A stretch of 64,000 bases of DNA from an uncultured Verrucomicrobiae bacterium (GTDB lineage: Bacteria; Verrucomicrobiota; Verrucomicrobiia; Limisphaerales; UBA11358), in contig CAWEAA010000003.1 of assembly GCA_963806905.1 (NCBI GenBank), positions 785 through 64,784 of the forward strand. Reading direction: 5' to 3'. Position numbers and translations under genes: made by a program. Positions 8,873-18,324 of this stretch are shown in pieces. Numbering within the stretch: position 1 is the stretch's first letter; each line of letters opens with the position of its first letter. The notes under the pieces were generated by a model. It saw only the letters and a program-made list of their open reading frames with translations. It was not told the DNA's origin and searched no databases.

Positions 8873-9568
8873 TCAGGTCAGGTCGAACAAAATCACTTGC
8901 GCCGGCCCGGTTGATTCGAGAACCAGTTTGTTTTCGTCGGAAACCGCCGCGCCGTCGCCGGCCTTCAACGACTGGCCATTCAACTCCACGCCGCCCTCGG
9001 CCACCTGCAGCCAGCCGTGACGGCCAGGTTTTAAAGAGTGGTTGAGTCTGTCGCCCGCGCCGAGTTTGCCGATGAACACGTCCGCGTCTTGATTGATGGG
9101 TATCGAACCGTCGCGTCCTGATTTGGACGCGGCCAGATACAATTTTCCTGGTGCGGCCCCGGCAAAAGACCTTTCGGCGTAAGCCGGTTTCACGCCTTTG
9201 CGATCGGGCAAAATCCAGATTTGCAGCAGATGCACCGGTTCCGCCGGCGATGGATTGAATTCACTGTGGGTCACGCCGGTGCCGGCGGCCATGTATTGGA
9301 CTTCGCCGGGGCGGATGACACGGCCGTTGCCCATGGAATCCTTGTGCTCCAAAGCGCCGCTCAAGACGCAGGTGATGATTTCCATGTCTCGGTGCGGATG
9401 CGTGCCGAAACCGCCGCCGCCCGCAATGGTGTCGTCGTTAATCACCCGCAACGCGCGGAATCCCATGTGGTCCGGGTCGTGGTAATCGGCGAACGAAAAG
9501 GTGTACCAGGTGTTAAGCCAGTCAAAATGGGCGTGGCCGCGTTCGTCGGCTTTGCGGATTGTAATCAT
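8873..9568 (-). CDS. pirin family protein
   Basis: Pirin N-terminal signature RGHAHFDWLNTWYTFSFADYHDP...GFGTHPHRDMEIITCVL. The track start 9577 is TTG; the first ATG is at 9568. Confidence 0.85.
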   Translation of the reverse strand: MITIRKADERGHAHFDWLNTWYTFSFADYHDPDHMGFRALRVINDDTIAGGGGFGTHPHRDMEIITCVLSGALEHKDSMGNGRVIRPGEVQYMAAGTGVTHSEFNPSPAEPVHLLQIWILPDRKGVKPAYAERSFAGAAPGKLYLAASKSGRDGSIPINQDADVFIGKLGAGDRLNHSLKPGRHGWLQVAEGGVELNGQSLKAGDGAAVSDENKLVLESTGPAQVILFDLT

Positions 9569-9573
9569 AAGGT

Positions 9574-10224
9574 TCAAACGTAATGGACGAGGTCCTTGAT
9601 TTCAAAACGCACTTTGGGCAGGCCCGCGTATTTGTCGCTGGCCGCGCGATAACCCAGGGCACAGCAAACCACCGATGCGTAACCGCTGTTTCCCAAGCCC
9701 AGCACACGGTCGTATTCCGCAGGAACAAAACCTTCCATCGGGCAGGCGTCCACGCCGAGCACGGCGGCGCAGGTCATCAAGTTGCCCAACGCAATGTAGG
9801 CCTGCCGGGTGGCCCATTCGTGGGCGATTTGGCTGCGCGGCCCCTTGACGAGGTCGCCCAGCATCATGTCGCGGTAAAAATTGAGGGATTCGGCGGGAAT
9901 TTTTCGGATGTCGGTGGTGCGCGCGATGAGTTTGTCCACGTCCGCTTCGGTCATTTTGCTGCGGGCAGTGAACACGACGTAATGCGAACAATCCACGACC
10001 TGTTTTTGGTTCCAGGAATGGGGCAACAATTCGGCGCGCTTGGCCGGACTGTCTATGACGAGAAAACGATATGGCTGAAGTCCGTAGGAGCTTGGCGAAA
10101 GCACGAGTGCGCGTTCCAGGGTTTGCCAGACCTCCACCGGGATTTTCGTGCCGGGATCAAAAGCTTTGGTAGCGTAGCGCCAGTTCAACGCATTCAGGAG
10201 TTGCTGTGTGCCTGTGTTGTTCAT
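9574..10224 (-). CDS. nitroreductase family NAD(P)H oxidoreductase
   Basis: 216 aa with nitroreductase fold pattern (RYATKAFDP...LSPSSYGLQPYRFLVI...CAAVLGVDACPMEGF). Confidence 0.8.
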   Translation of the reverse strand: MNNTGTQQLLNALNWRYATKAFDPGTKIPVEVWQTLERALVLSPSSYGLQPYRFLVIDSPAKRAELLPHSWNQKQVVDCSHYVVFTARSKMTEADVDKLIARTTDIRKIPAESLNFYRDMMLGDLVKGPRSQIAHEWATRQAYIALGNLMTCAAVLGVDACPMEGFVPAEYDRVLGLGNSGYASVVCCALGYRAASDKYAGLPKVRFEIKDLVHYV

Positions 10225-10346
10225 AGTTCAATAATTTATTGTCCGCTGAAAATTGCATACCTCCGGAGAAAAGCAAATCGTGCTTTACGGAAAAGATTGT
10301 GCGCGGTTTTGACTTTTGCTGTCAAGCAGGCAAATTAAACATCAAT

Positions 10347-11915
10347 ATGAGTCTGCCTTTTGCTAGATTCGCCGTGGCCTGTGCCGCCGCCGGCACGCTG
10401 GTCGCCAGCGTTGCTGCCCGGGCGGCAACGGCCTGGGGTTACGTTCCGACGAATGCGTTTCCAAGCCTGGTGTTCTCCAACCCGGTATGCATCACGTCGC
10501 CACCGGGCGAAACGAACCGCCTGTTCATCGTCGAAAAACACGGGCGTACCGTTGTCATCACCAACCTGGCCAATCCGACGCGCACTATTTTCATGGATCT
10601 TTCGAGTCGCGTGAGTGTCGTTAACACCAGCGAGTCAGCCGATCTCAACAACGAGGAAGGCATGTTGAGCCTGACGTTCGATCCGGGCTACGCGACGAAC
10701 CGTTACTTCTATGTTTTTTACATGGGTCCGGCCACCAACGGCACGAGCGGCTTGCACGATATTTTGTCGCGCTTTCAGACCTTTGCGGGCAACCCCAATC
10801 AGGGTGACACCAATTCCGAGACCCGGCTCATTGCGCAATACGACCGTGCCAGCAATCACAATGGCGGTGACACGCATTTCGGGCCGGATGGTTATCTTTA
10901 CGTTTCGGCCGGCGACGAGGGCGATGAATACAACACCCTTGGCGATGCACAGCACATTGATCAGAATTTTTTCTCCGGCATTTTGCGGATTGACGTGAAC
11001 AAACTTCCCGGCAGTTTGCCGCCGAATCCAAATTCCGAGGCCGCCGCGACGACCAATTATGCCATTCCGCCGGACAATCCGTTCGTGGGCGCGACCAGCT
11101 TCGACAATCTGCCGCTCAACACCAGCCAACTGCGCACGGAATTTTGGGCCGTCGGGTTGCGCAATCCGTGGAGGTTTTCTTTCGATCCGGCCACAGGAAT
11201 CCTTTACTGTGGTGACGTCGGGCAAGATCAATACGAGGAGGTGGACATCATCACCAAGGGCGGCAATTACGGTTGGGCGACTTGGGAAGGTTCAAACAGT
11301 CCGCCCAGCGGCGTTTCCACCAACGGCCAACCGGTGCCGGTCAATCCGATTTTCCCCATCGTTACCTACGCTCATACCTCCCTCGGCGGTCCGGGGAACT
11401 GCGTCATCGGCGGGGCGGTCTATCGTGGTAGCCGGTTTCCCCAACTCTACGGTTCCTACGTTTTCGGCGATTACATCACCGGGAACATCTGGCGGCTGAC
11501 TTACGACAGCACTCAAGCCACCCCGTCGCAGCTGCTGTTTGTGGATCCGGAGGTGTGCGCCTTTGGCACCGACCCGTCCAACGGCGACATGCTTTACGCG
11601 AACCTGAAAAGCGGCAACAACTCTATCATCAACCGCATTATCTCAACCAATTCTGTGCCGCTCTTGAACAGCCTCAATATTTCCGGAGCCAATCTTGTCG
11701 TCAGCGGTACAAACGGCCCGCATGGCGGAAATTATTACCTTCTCACCAGCACTAACGTTCTGTCCCCGTTCACCAACTGGACGCGCGTTTCCACGAACCC
11801 GTTTGACGCCAATGGCGGTTTTTTTTCACGAATCCGGTCAATCCCAACACACCGTATCTTTTTTATCTGCTCCAGTTGCAATGACGCAGGTGGAATTGAT
11901 ATAAACGGGCGATGA
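10347..11915 (+). CDS. secreted PQQ-dependent sugar dehydrogenase (SGDH-type beta-propeller)
   Basis: Signal peptide begins at ATG 10347. Motifs HNGGDTHFGPDGYLYVSAGDEG, GLRNPWRFSFD, GDVGQDQYEEVDII, GGNYGW. The 3' end is uncertain because of the T8 run at 11819-11826 (see findings). Confidence 0.8.
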   Translation: MSLPFARFAVACAAAGTLVASVAARAATAWGYVPTNAFPSLVFSNPVCITSPPGETNRLFIVEKHGRTVVITNLANPTRTIFMDLSSRVSVVNTSESADLNNEEGMLSLTFDPGYATNRYFYVFYMGPATNGTSGLHDILSRFQTFAGNPNQGDTNSETRLIAQYDRASNHNGGDTHFGPDGYLYVSAGDEGDEYNTLGDAQHIDQNFFSGILRIDVNKLPGSLPPNPNSEAAATTNYAIPPDNPFVGATSFDNLPLNTSQLRTEFWAVGLRNPWRFSFDPATGILYCGDVGQDQYEEVDIITKGGNYGWATWEGSNSPPSGVSTNGQPVPVNPIFPIVTYAHTSLGGPGNCVIGGAVYRGSRFPQLYGSYVFGDYITGNIWRLTYDSTQATPSQLLFVDPEVCAFGTDPSNGDMLYANLKSGNNSIINRIISTNSVPLLNSLNISGANLVVSGTNGPHGGNYYLLTSTNVLSPFTNWTRVSTNPFDANGGFFSRIRSIPTHRIFFICSSCNDAGGIDINGR

Positions 11916-12520
11916 GTTCGCCCAAGCTTCGTATTCGTCGCGCCACCACCGACGACTTTCAAGGTCTCAAGTTACTCTGGAATTCGATGCGCCTGCCGGC
12001 GGATGAATTGGAAAGCCGGCTGACCGAGTTTCAAGTGATTGAATCCGCCGACGGACAAATCGCCGGCGCGATTGGCCTTCAAATCGTTCGCCAGCACGCC
12101 CGGCTCCACAGCGAAGCTTACGCTGATTTTTCCATGGCGGACGCGGCACGGGAACTGTTCTGGGAACGCATTCAGTTGATTGCCTCGCATCACGGCGTCT
12201 TCCGGCTGTGGACGCAGGAAAATTCGCCGTTCTGGAGCCGCTGCGGATTCCGAATCGTCATCACCGAAAGCCTCGTGCAGCTGCCGGAAGAATGGAAGCG
12301 TTTCGGAGGGAAATGGTACACGCTTCAGCTTAAAAACGAGGAGATCATCACCGCCGCTTTTGAAAAGCATTTGGCTGGTTTCGTGGACTCCGGAAAGGAA
12401 CAAGCCGCGCGTGTTTCTGAAAAAGCCCGCACCCTCAATACTATTATTATCGTCGTTTGCTTCGGAATTTTCTTCCTCTGTATGGCCGCCCTGATTTACC
12501 TGATCACACACCGACGTTAG
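11912..12520 (+). CDS. GNAT-like acetyltransferase with C-terminal TM helix
   Basis: Weak GNAT pattern (IAGAIGLQI...HHGVFRLWTQENSPFWSRCGF) and a hydrophobic C-terminus. ATGA overlap with the preceding ORF as assembled. Confidence 0.55.
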   Translation: MSSPKLRIRRATTDDFQGLKLLWNSMRLPADELESRLTEFQVIESADGQIAGAIGLQIVRQHARLHSEAYADFSMADAARELFWERIQLIASHHGVFRLWTQENSPFWSRCGFRIVITESLVQLPEEWKRFGGKWYTLQLKNEEIITAAFEKHLAGFVDSGKEQAARVSEKARTLNTIIIVVCFGIFFLCMAALIYLITHRR

Positions 12521-13425
12521 CGGTGCGCCGACGACAGCGTAAACCCGTCCGCGTGATACGAGCTGCGCACCATCGGGCCGCTGGCCACGTGGACAAAACC
12601 CAGGTTGCGCGCGACCCGGGCGTAGGCGTCAAAAACTTCCGGCGTAATAAATCCCACCACCGGCAAATGTTTCAGCGTCGGCTGCAAATACTGGCCCAGC
12701 GTAAGAAGGTCGCAGCCGGCGCGGCGCAAATCCTCCAGCGCGACCACCACCTCCTCCTCCGTCTCTCCGAGACCGAGCATCATCCCGGATTTTGTATAAA
12801 TCGTGTCGCCGCGACCGGCCTTCGCCCTGCGCAGCACGCTCAATGAGCGGTCATACGTCGCTCGCGAACGCACCAGCGGCGTGAGCCGCCGCACGGTTTC
12901 GAGATTGTGATTGAAAACATGCGGCTTCGCCGCCAGCACTGTTTCGATGGATTCGTCACGGTCGTTGAAATCCGGCACCAGCACTTCAACCACAATGCCC
13001 GGATTCAATTCGCGCACCGCTTCAATCGTTTTCCGAAAGTGCTCCGCGCCGCCGTCCGCCAAATCATCGCGCGCGACGGCGGTGATGACGATGTGCCGCA
13101 ACCGCATCCGCCGCGTTGCCTCGGCCACGCGCCCCGGTTCGTCAGCTTCGAGTGCAAACGGTCTGGCCGTGGTCACTGCGCAAAAGCCGCAGGCGCGCGT
13201 GCAGCGGTCGCCGGCAATCATGAAGGTCGCCGTGCCTTTGCTCCAGCATTCCCAATGGTTCGGGCATTTCGCGCTTTCGCAGACCGTGTGCAACTTCAGT
13301 TCGTCGAGCAGGCTGCGGGTGCGCGCAAAACTGTCCGAGGTGGGCAGCTTCGTGCGCAGCCATTCCGGCAGCCGCGGCCGCGATTTCAATTCAACAGTGG
13401 CCATTCGTCGGGCACAGATGACCAC
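12517..13425 (-). CDS. lipA: lipoyl synthase
   Basis: CESAKCPNHWECW and radical-SAM CTRACGFC cluster motifs; full length. Confidence 0.95.
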   Translation of the reverse strand: MVICARRMATVELKSRPRLPEWLRTKLPTSDSFARTRSLLDELKLHTVCESAKCPNHWECWSKGTATFMIAGDRCTRACGFCAVTTARPFALEADEPGRVAEATRRMRLRHIVITAVARDDLADGGAEHFRKTIEAVRELNPGIVVEVLVPDFNDRDESIETVLAAKPHVFNHNLETVRRLTPLVRSRATYDRSLSVLRRAKAGRGDTIYTKSGMMLGLGETEEEVVVALEDLRRAGCDLLTLGQYLQPTLKHLPVVGFITPEVFDAYARVARNLGFVHVASGPMVRSSYHADGFTLSSAHR

Positions 13426-13511
13426 AAACGGACCCTAATGTGAAGAAACGAATTGCGCCGATTGGCAGGAATTCAAATCGGAAGGATAGATTTGTGAAGC
13501 GCGCGCGAATT

Positions 13512-13823
13512 TCAGCCGTGTGCCGGTGCGCGCATGGGCGGCTGAAGTTCCTCCCAAAACACGGCGAGCTGCTCCGGCCCGAAATCCGCCAGCACTTTCC
13601 CGTCCACGTCAATCACGGGGGCCAGTTCCTGGCCGGACAAACGGATCATTTCGTCATAAGCCGCCTCGTCGCCGGTAACGTCAACGGTTTCATATTCAAC
13701 ACCGCGCTCATTCAGCCAGCGGGTCGCCCGATGACACCACGCGCAATAGGGTTTGATGAACAAGCGAACGTGTTTAGGTTTCACATTCCAAAAATCACCG
13801 GATTCCGGAATAAATGCAATCAC
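13512..13823 (-). CDS. glutaredoxin-like protein
   Basis: Thioredoxin-fold CxxC motif (FIKPYCAWCHRATRWLNERGVEYETVDV). Confidence 0.65.
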   Translation of the reverse strand: MIAFIPESGDFWNVKPKHVRLFIKPYCAWCHRATRWLNERGVEYETVDVTGDEAAYDEMIRLSGQELAPVIDVDGKVLADFGPEQLAVFWEELQPPMRAPAHG

Positions 13824-13918
13824 CCCAAAGCAGAAAGAAGCGCTGCTTCATGTAAGTTTAAGCTTCACTGAATTGCAAATGCCGCTCGTTGGATCAACGC
13901 ATCAGAGGATAACGAAAG

Positions 13919-14302
13919 TTACCCGCCGATCTGGGTCTTATATTTATCCGGCGACAGCAAGGCATCCAGTTCCGCCGGATTGCCCAGCTTGATTTTGAAA
14001 AACCAGCCGGCGTCATACGGTTCACTGTTCACAAGCGCCGGGTCATCCGCGACGGCCTTGTTGGTTTCCAGAATTTGACCGCTCAAGGGTGAATAGATAT
14101 CGCTGGCGGTCTTCACCGATTCCACCACCGCACAGGCGTCGCCGGTTTTTATCTTTCGGCCAACGTCCGGCAGCTCGACAAAAACGATGTCGGTCAATTC
14201 ATGTTGTGCGTGGTCGGTAATGCCCACCGTAGCGGTGTCGCCGCTGACCCGCACCCATTCGTGAGATTTGGTGTATTTCAAATCCGCTGGAATATTGCTC
14301 AT
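13919..14302 (-). CDS. gcvH: glycine cleavage system protein H
   Basis: [10 protein letters not shown]...[16 protein letters not shown] lipoyl-lysine motif. The track ORF's 5' extension (to 14365) only translates the repeat spacer; the ATG is at 14302. Confidence 0.9.
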   Translation of the reverse strand: MSNIPADLKYTKSHEWVRVSGDTATVGITDHAQHELTDIVFVELPDVGRKIKTGDACAVVESVKTASDIYSPLSGQILETNKAVADDPALVNSEPYDAGWFFKIKLGNPAELDALLSPDKYKTQIGG

Positions 14303-14317
14303 AAATGTTTGGCCGCG

Positions 14318-14376
14318 GATTTCGCGGATGACACGGATTAAAAACATTTTCCTGAATCCGCGCAATCCGCGAAATC
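14318..14376. repeat. heptad-repeat hairpin in the gcvT-gcvH spacer
   Basis: Left arm GATTTCGCGGATgacaCGGAT and right arm ATCCGcgcaATCCGCGAAATC give a 12-bp outer stem and a 5-bp inner stem. Arms are built from CGCGGAT/CACGGAT 7-mers. Confidence 0.7.
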
Positions 14377-14382
14377 AGCGGT

Positions 14383-15507
14383 TTAATTTTTTCTGTAAAT
14401 CGGTTTCGGCACAACCATGGCCGGGCAGCGTTTGCCGCGAATTTCGATTTCAATCCGCGTCTGCGGCTTCGCCCATTCCGGCGGCACATAGCCCATGCCA
14501 ATGCCGATGCCGAGCGACGGACTTTGGGTGCCGCTGGTGACGCTGCCGACATTAACGCCGTTGGTCCAAATCGGATAATGCGGTCGCGGCGGGGCGGATT
14601 TTGCGCCCATTCTGAACGCCACCAGTTTTTTCCTGGTACCGTTCGCCTTTTGTTCGACGAGAACGGAACGTCCGACAAATTCACCTTTGTCCAGCGACAC
14701 AAAAAATCCCAATCCGGCCTCGATGGGCGTCGTGGCTTCGTCCAGCTCATGGCCGTAAAGCGGATAACAGACTTCCGTGCGCAACGTGTCGCGCGCGCCG
14801 AGGCCGCACGCTTTGATGCCGAACGGCTGGCCCACCGTGAGAATTTTGTCCCACACGTCCCGGATGGCTTCATCTGAGCCGACGATTTCAAATCCGTCCT
14901 CGCCGGTATAGCCCGTACGCGAAACGAGGACGCTGTGGTTTTCAAATTTGAACCCACCGATCTGATTTTTCTTTAAACCGGTCACGGCGTTGACGCGCAT
15001 GGCGGAATTGGACGCGCCGGGAAAACAATCGTTGATGAATTCACTGACACGCGGTCCTTGTACGGCCACGGCGGCATAGTTATGCGAGGCGTTGGTGAGG
15101 TTGAGTTCACCGGAATATTTTGCCGCCTGCGATTGCAGCCAGGCAACATCCGCCTCGATGCGCGAGGCGTTGATGATGAGAAAATAAACGCCGTCGGATA
15201 GTTTGTAGGCGTAAAGATCATCAATCACGCCGCCGAGTTCGTTGCACATCAGTGTGTATTGACCTTCCCCGGGCGCGAGTTTGCGGATGTCGTTAGTCAG
15301 GACGGAATTGAGGAACCCTTCCGCGCCCGCACCACCGACCGTTACCTCGCCCATGTGGGAAATATCAAAAATCCCGGCTGCGTTACGGACGGCGAGGTGT
15401 TCGTCGGTGATGCTGGTGTATTGAACGGGCATTTCCCAACCGCCAAAATCAATCAGCCTGGCACCGAGTTTCTGGTGAGCGGAAAAAAGAGGAGTACGTT
15501 TTAACAT
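14383..15507 (-). CDS. gcvT: glycine cleavage system aminomethyltransferase T
   Basis: 374 aa full-length GcvT (FGGWEMPVQY, ISHMGE, RTGYTGEDGFEI). Confidence 0.95.
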   Translation of the reverse strand: MLKRTPLFSAHQKLGARLIDFGGWEMPVQYTSITDEHLAVRNAAGIFDISHMGEVTVGGAGAEGFLNSVLTNDIRKLAPGEGQYTLMCNELGGVIDDLYAYKLSDGVYFLIINASRIEADVAWLQSQAAKYSGELNLTNASHNYAAVAVQGPRVSEFINDCFPGASNSAMRVNAVTGLKKNQIGGFKFENHSVLVSRTGYTGEDGFEIVGSDEAIRDVWDKILTVGQPFGIKACGLGARDTLRTEVCYPLYGHELDEATTPIEAGLGFFVSLDKGEFVGRSVLVEQKANGTRKKLVAFRMGAKSAPPRPHYPIWTNGVNVGSVTSGTQSPSLGIGIGMGYVPPEWAKPQTRIEIEIRGKRCPAMVVPKPIYRKN

Positions 15508-15591
15508 TTATTTGGGACACGAACTGCGCTAATGGACACGCATTAAACCAGGAAACATTTGCGAAAATTGGCGCAATTCGCGGATTCGCCA

Positions 15592-16308
15592 TCATCCCCA
15601 TTTCTCCGTTTTCATCTGTTCCTTCGGCACGCCGAGGCCGCGCAGGACAACTTCCTCGGCAAACTCAACGAGCGGGTTGGGGCCGCAGGCGTAGAATATC
15701 GTGTTCGCCAGGTCACCGATGTGCGCCTTGACCCAGTCCGGGGTGATGCGCCCCGCGCGCCCGTTCCAGGAATGTTCCGGCTTCAGGCGCGTGCAGGTGA
15801 CGTAAAATTTGAAGTTCGGATTTTGCTGCTCCAATTGCCGGAATTCATCGTTGAAAATAACGTCGCCCGGGGTGCGGACGCTGTACAGAACCGTGATTTT
15901 GGTTTCCAATTTCCGGCGCGTGGCTTCACGGGTGAAGCCGCGAAACGGCGTCACCCCGGAACCGCCCGCGACGCAAACCAGGTGTTTGTTCGGCTCATAT
16001 ACCGGCAAAAACTTTCCGACCGGCGGGAGGACGAATAATTTGTCGCCCACCTTGGCCCAGTCCACGATGCGCGTGCCCATTTTGCCGTCGCGTTTGACGG
16101 TGACTTCGTAAAAGCCGCGATCGAGCGCGCAGGAGGAGAGCGAATAGGCGCGTTTGTAATTCGGCGTGTCCGGCCAGTAAAGGGTGATGAATTGTCCGGT
16201 TTTGAAATCGGGGTTGTAGCCGTCCGGCCATTTGAGCCGGAGCGTCTTCACGTCGGGGAGTTCAGTCGTGACGGCTTCGGCCGCCATTTCAATCGCTTCT
16301 TTGGCCAT
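15592..16308 (-). CDS. FAD/NAD(P)-binding oxidoreductase (ferredoxin-NADP reductase-like)
   Basis: RAYSLSS FAD-binding motif and VCVAGGSGVTPF NAD(P)-binding motif. Confidence 0.75.
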   Translation of the reverse strand: MAKEAIEMAAEAVTTELPDVKTLRLKWPDGYNPDFKTGQFITLYWPDTPNYKRAYSLSSCALDRGFYEVTVKRDGKMGTRIVDWAKVGDKLFVLPPVGKFLPVYEPNKHLVCVAGGSGVTPFRGFTREATRRKLETKITVLYSVRTPGDVIFNDEFRQLEQQNPNFKFYVTCTRLKPEHSWNGRAGRITPDWVKAHIGDLANTIFYACGPNPLVEFAEEVVLRGLGVPKEQMKTEKWG

Positions 16309-16366
16309 AATTTAATTTCCGAGAATAAGAAAAAATTAGTCAATTCTCCGGCCGCCGGCAAGCGTT

Positions 16367-17183
16367 TTAAGCCGCTGCGAGCCGCGCGAGGACTTCCTGC
16401 GCGAGGAGTTCATACGCCGCCGCGCCGGTGCTGTATTTGTCGTAATGAATAATGGGTTTTCCGAAACTTGGCGCCTCGGCGAGTTTCGTGCTGCGCGGTA
16501 TCACGGTTTCAAAGACGCGTGCGCCCAGCAGATTTCGCACCTCGCCCACCACTTCGTTTGAAAGTTTCGTGCGGCCGTCAAACATCGTCATCACCACGCC
16601 GAAAATGTCGAGGCGCGGATTGACGCCTGCGTCACGCAACTGCGTCAGCACGCGGTTCATCATCGAAATGCCTTCGAGCGCATAATACTCGCATTGCAGC
16701 GGGATGAGCAGGCCGTCGCTCGCGGCAAAGGCGTTCAGCGTCAAAATCCCGAGTGACGGAGGGCAATCAATGAAAACCGCGTCAAAGCGCTGTGATTCCA
16801 GCACGGGTTTCAAAGCGGCGGCGACGCGAAGCAAATAGTTGTCCGAACGCGCCAGTTCCACATCTGCGCCGCACATATCCACTTCGCTGGGGACAACTTC
16901 CAGCCGCTCAAACGCCGTGCCTTTGATTTTGTCGAGGAGGCTGCCTTCACCGAGCAATACGCGATAAGCGCTGGCGCCTTCGGTCTTTTCCAGGCCGAGA
17001 CCGCTCGTGGCGTTGGCCTGCGGATCGAGGTCGAAGAGCAACACGCGCCGGCCGACCGCGGCCAGGGCATGCGGCGAGATTCACGGCAGTGGTCGTTTTC
17101 CCTACGCCGCCTTTTTGATTGGCGACCGCGATGACTTTGGTTGGCACCCGCCTGATTAAAGGCAAAATGCGGCGCGGATTCAA
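16367..17183 (-). pseudogene. ParA/Soj-type ATPase split by a 1-nt frameshift (possibly an assembly error)
   Basis: Fragments 16947-17183 (KVIAVANQKGGVGKTTTAVNLAA) and 16367-17044 (LLFDLDPQANATSGL...) join as NLAAALAAVGRRVLLFDLDPQ if one nt near 17069-17070 is removed. No parB gene is adjacent. Confidence 0.8.
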
Positions 17184-17209
17184 GCGCGCAACGAGGGAGC
17201 TGGCACAAA

Positions 17210-17695
17210 TCAGTTGCCCGGAAGGGAAAAGCTGACCGGCTGCGCCAAGGGGTTTTGCGGGCCGAAGATCGAAGCGACCGGTTCGAGGCTGAGAACCGGA
17301 TTCGTGCTGACCATCAAACCCGCCTGCGCAGGCGCCGGCGAAAGGACCGACGATGTCGCGTCAGCGAGAGAACCGGCAGGTTGCGTCAAAGCCGCCAAAA
17401 ACGTTGCTTTCGGCGTGCCATCAGGGCCCTCGGCATAAAGGATTCCAAACAACAACAGCAAACACAACGAGGAGGCAAATGCACCGGCAAACGCCGGTTT
17501 TGCTTCAAACACCTGGAGGAACTTCAACAGCCACGATGACCCGGCGATTTCCCGTGACTCAGCAGTTTCACCCGCGCGGATACGGGATACCACCTGGCCG
17601 GAAAAACTGTTGAAATAGCCTGGCGGTGGGATTTCATGCCGCTTGAGCGCCAGTAACCGGCGCAACGATTCGAAGTTGTTTTCGCTTTCGTTCAT
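17210..17695 (-). CDS. putative anti-sigma factor (single TM)
   Basis: ATG 17695 overlaps the sigma-factor stop (ATGA). Contains one TM helix (AFAGAFASSLCLLLLFGILYA). No recognisable domain; the call rests on position only. Confidence 0.45.
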   Translation of the reverse strand: MNESENNFESLRRLLALKRHEIPPPGYFNSFSGQVVSRIRAGETAESREIAGSSWLLKFLQVFEAKPAFAGAFASSLCLLLLFGILYAEGPDGTPKATFLAALTQPAGSLADATSSVLSPAPAQAGLMVSTNPVLSLEPVASIFGPQNPLAQPVSFSLPGN

Positions 17696-18324
17696 GTTGG
17701 CCCCAGGTAATCGGACAGAAACCCCTGCAACTGCTGCCTTGCGTAAAACAGCCGCGACCGCACCGTGCCGATATTGCAATCCATAATCTTGGCGATTTCG
17801 TCGTGCGACAATCCCTGCACATCATGCAGGGCAACGACCAATCTATGAGGTTCAGACAACTTCAGCATAGCCGCGTTCAATTTTTCCTGCAATTCCGTCA
17901 AACCGGCCTCCCGGCGCGGGGTTTTATCCGAAATCAACGCCATTAAATCCGGGTCGTGCTCGGCGTTAAAATCTAGGTCGTTCAGACTCATATGAGTGCG
18001 GTTTTTCCGTTGTTTCAGGAAATTAATCGTTTTATTGACCGCAATCCGGTAGAGCCACGTGTAAAAACTGGAGCCGCCTTTGAAGGATTTGAGCGCCTGA
18101 AACGCCTTGATGAACGATTCCTGGGCCAGATCGTTGGCGTCCTCGTGGTTGGACGTCATGTGATAAATCGTTGCATAAATGCGCTCCTGATAACGCCGCA
18201 CCAAATCATCGTAAGCGCCCAAATCGCCGCGCCGCGCGCGCCGCACTAACTCCTCTTCATCCACCGGCGCGGGCGATTCCGAGTCCTGTCGTGCGGCTGG
18301 TTCGGCCATAATCATAATTTCCAA
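17692..18324 (-). CDS. ECF-type RNA polymerase sigma-70 family factor
   Basis: Region 2 (YQERIYATIYHMTSNHEDANDLAQESFIKAF...FYTWLYRIAVN) and region 4 (LSHDEIAKIMDCNIGTVRSRLFYARQQL). The exact start is uncertain. Confidence 0.85.
   Translation of the reverse strand: MEIMIMAEPAARQDSESPAPVDEEELVRRARRGDLGAYDDLVRRYQERIYATIYHMTSNHEDANDLAQESFIKAFQALKSFKGGSSFYTWLYRIAVNKTINFLKQRKNRTHMSLNDLDFNAEHDPDLMALISDKTPRREAGLTELQEKLNAAMLKLSEPHRLVVALHDVQGLSHDEIAKIMDCNIGTVRSRLFYARQQLQGFLSDYLGPT

Noticed and set aside
15508-15591. Possible glycine riboswitch upstream of gcvT
   Set aside because: Only 84 nt are available, and I could not find the conserved glycine-aptamer core sequences on the minus strand. The spacer instead contains CGCGGAT-type repeat fragments. 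An Infernal scan would settle it.
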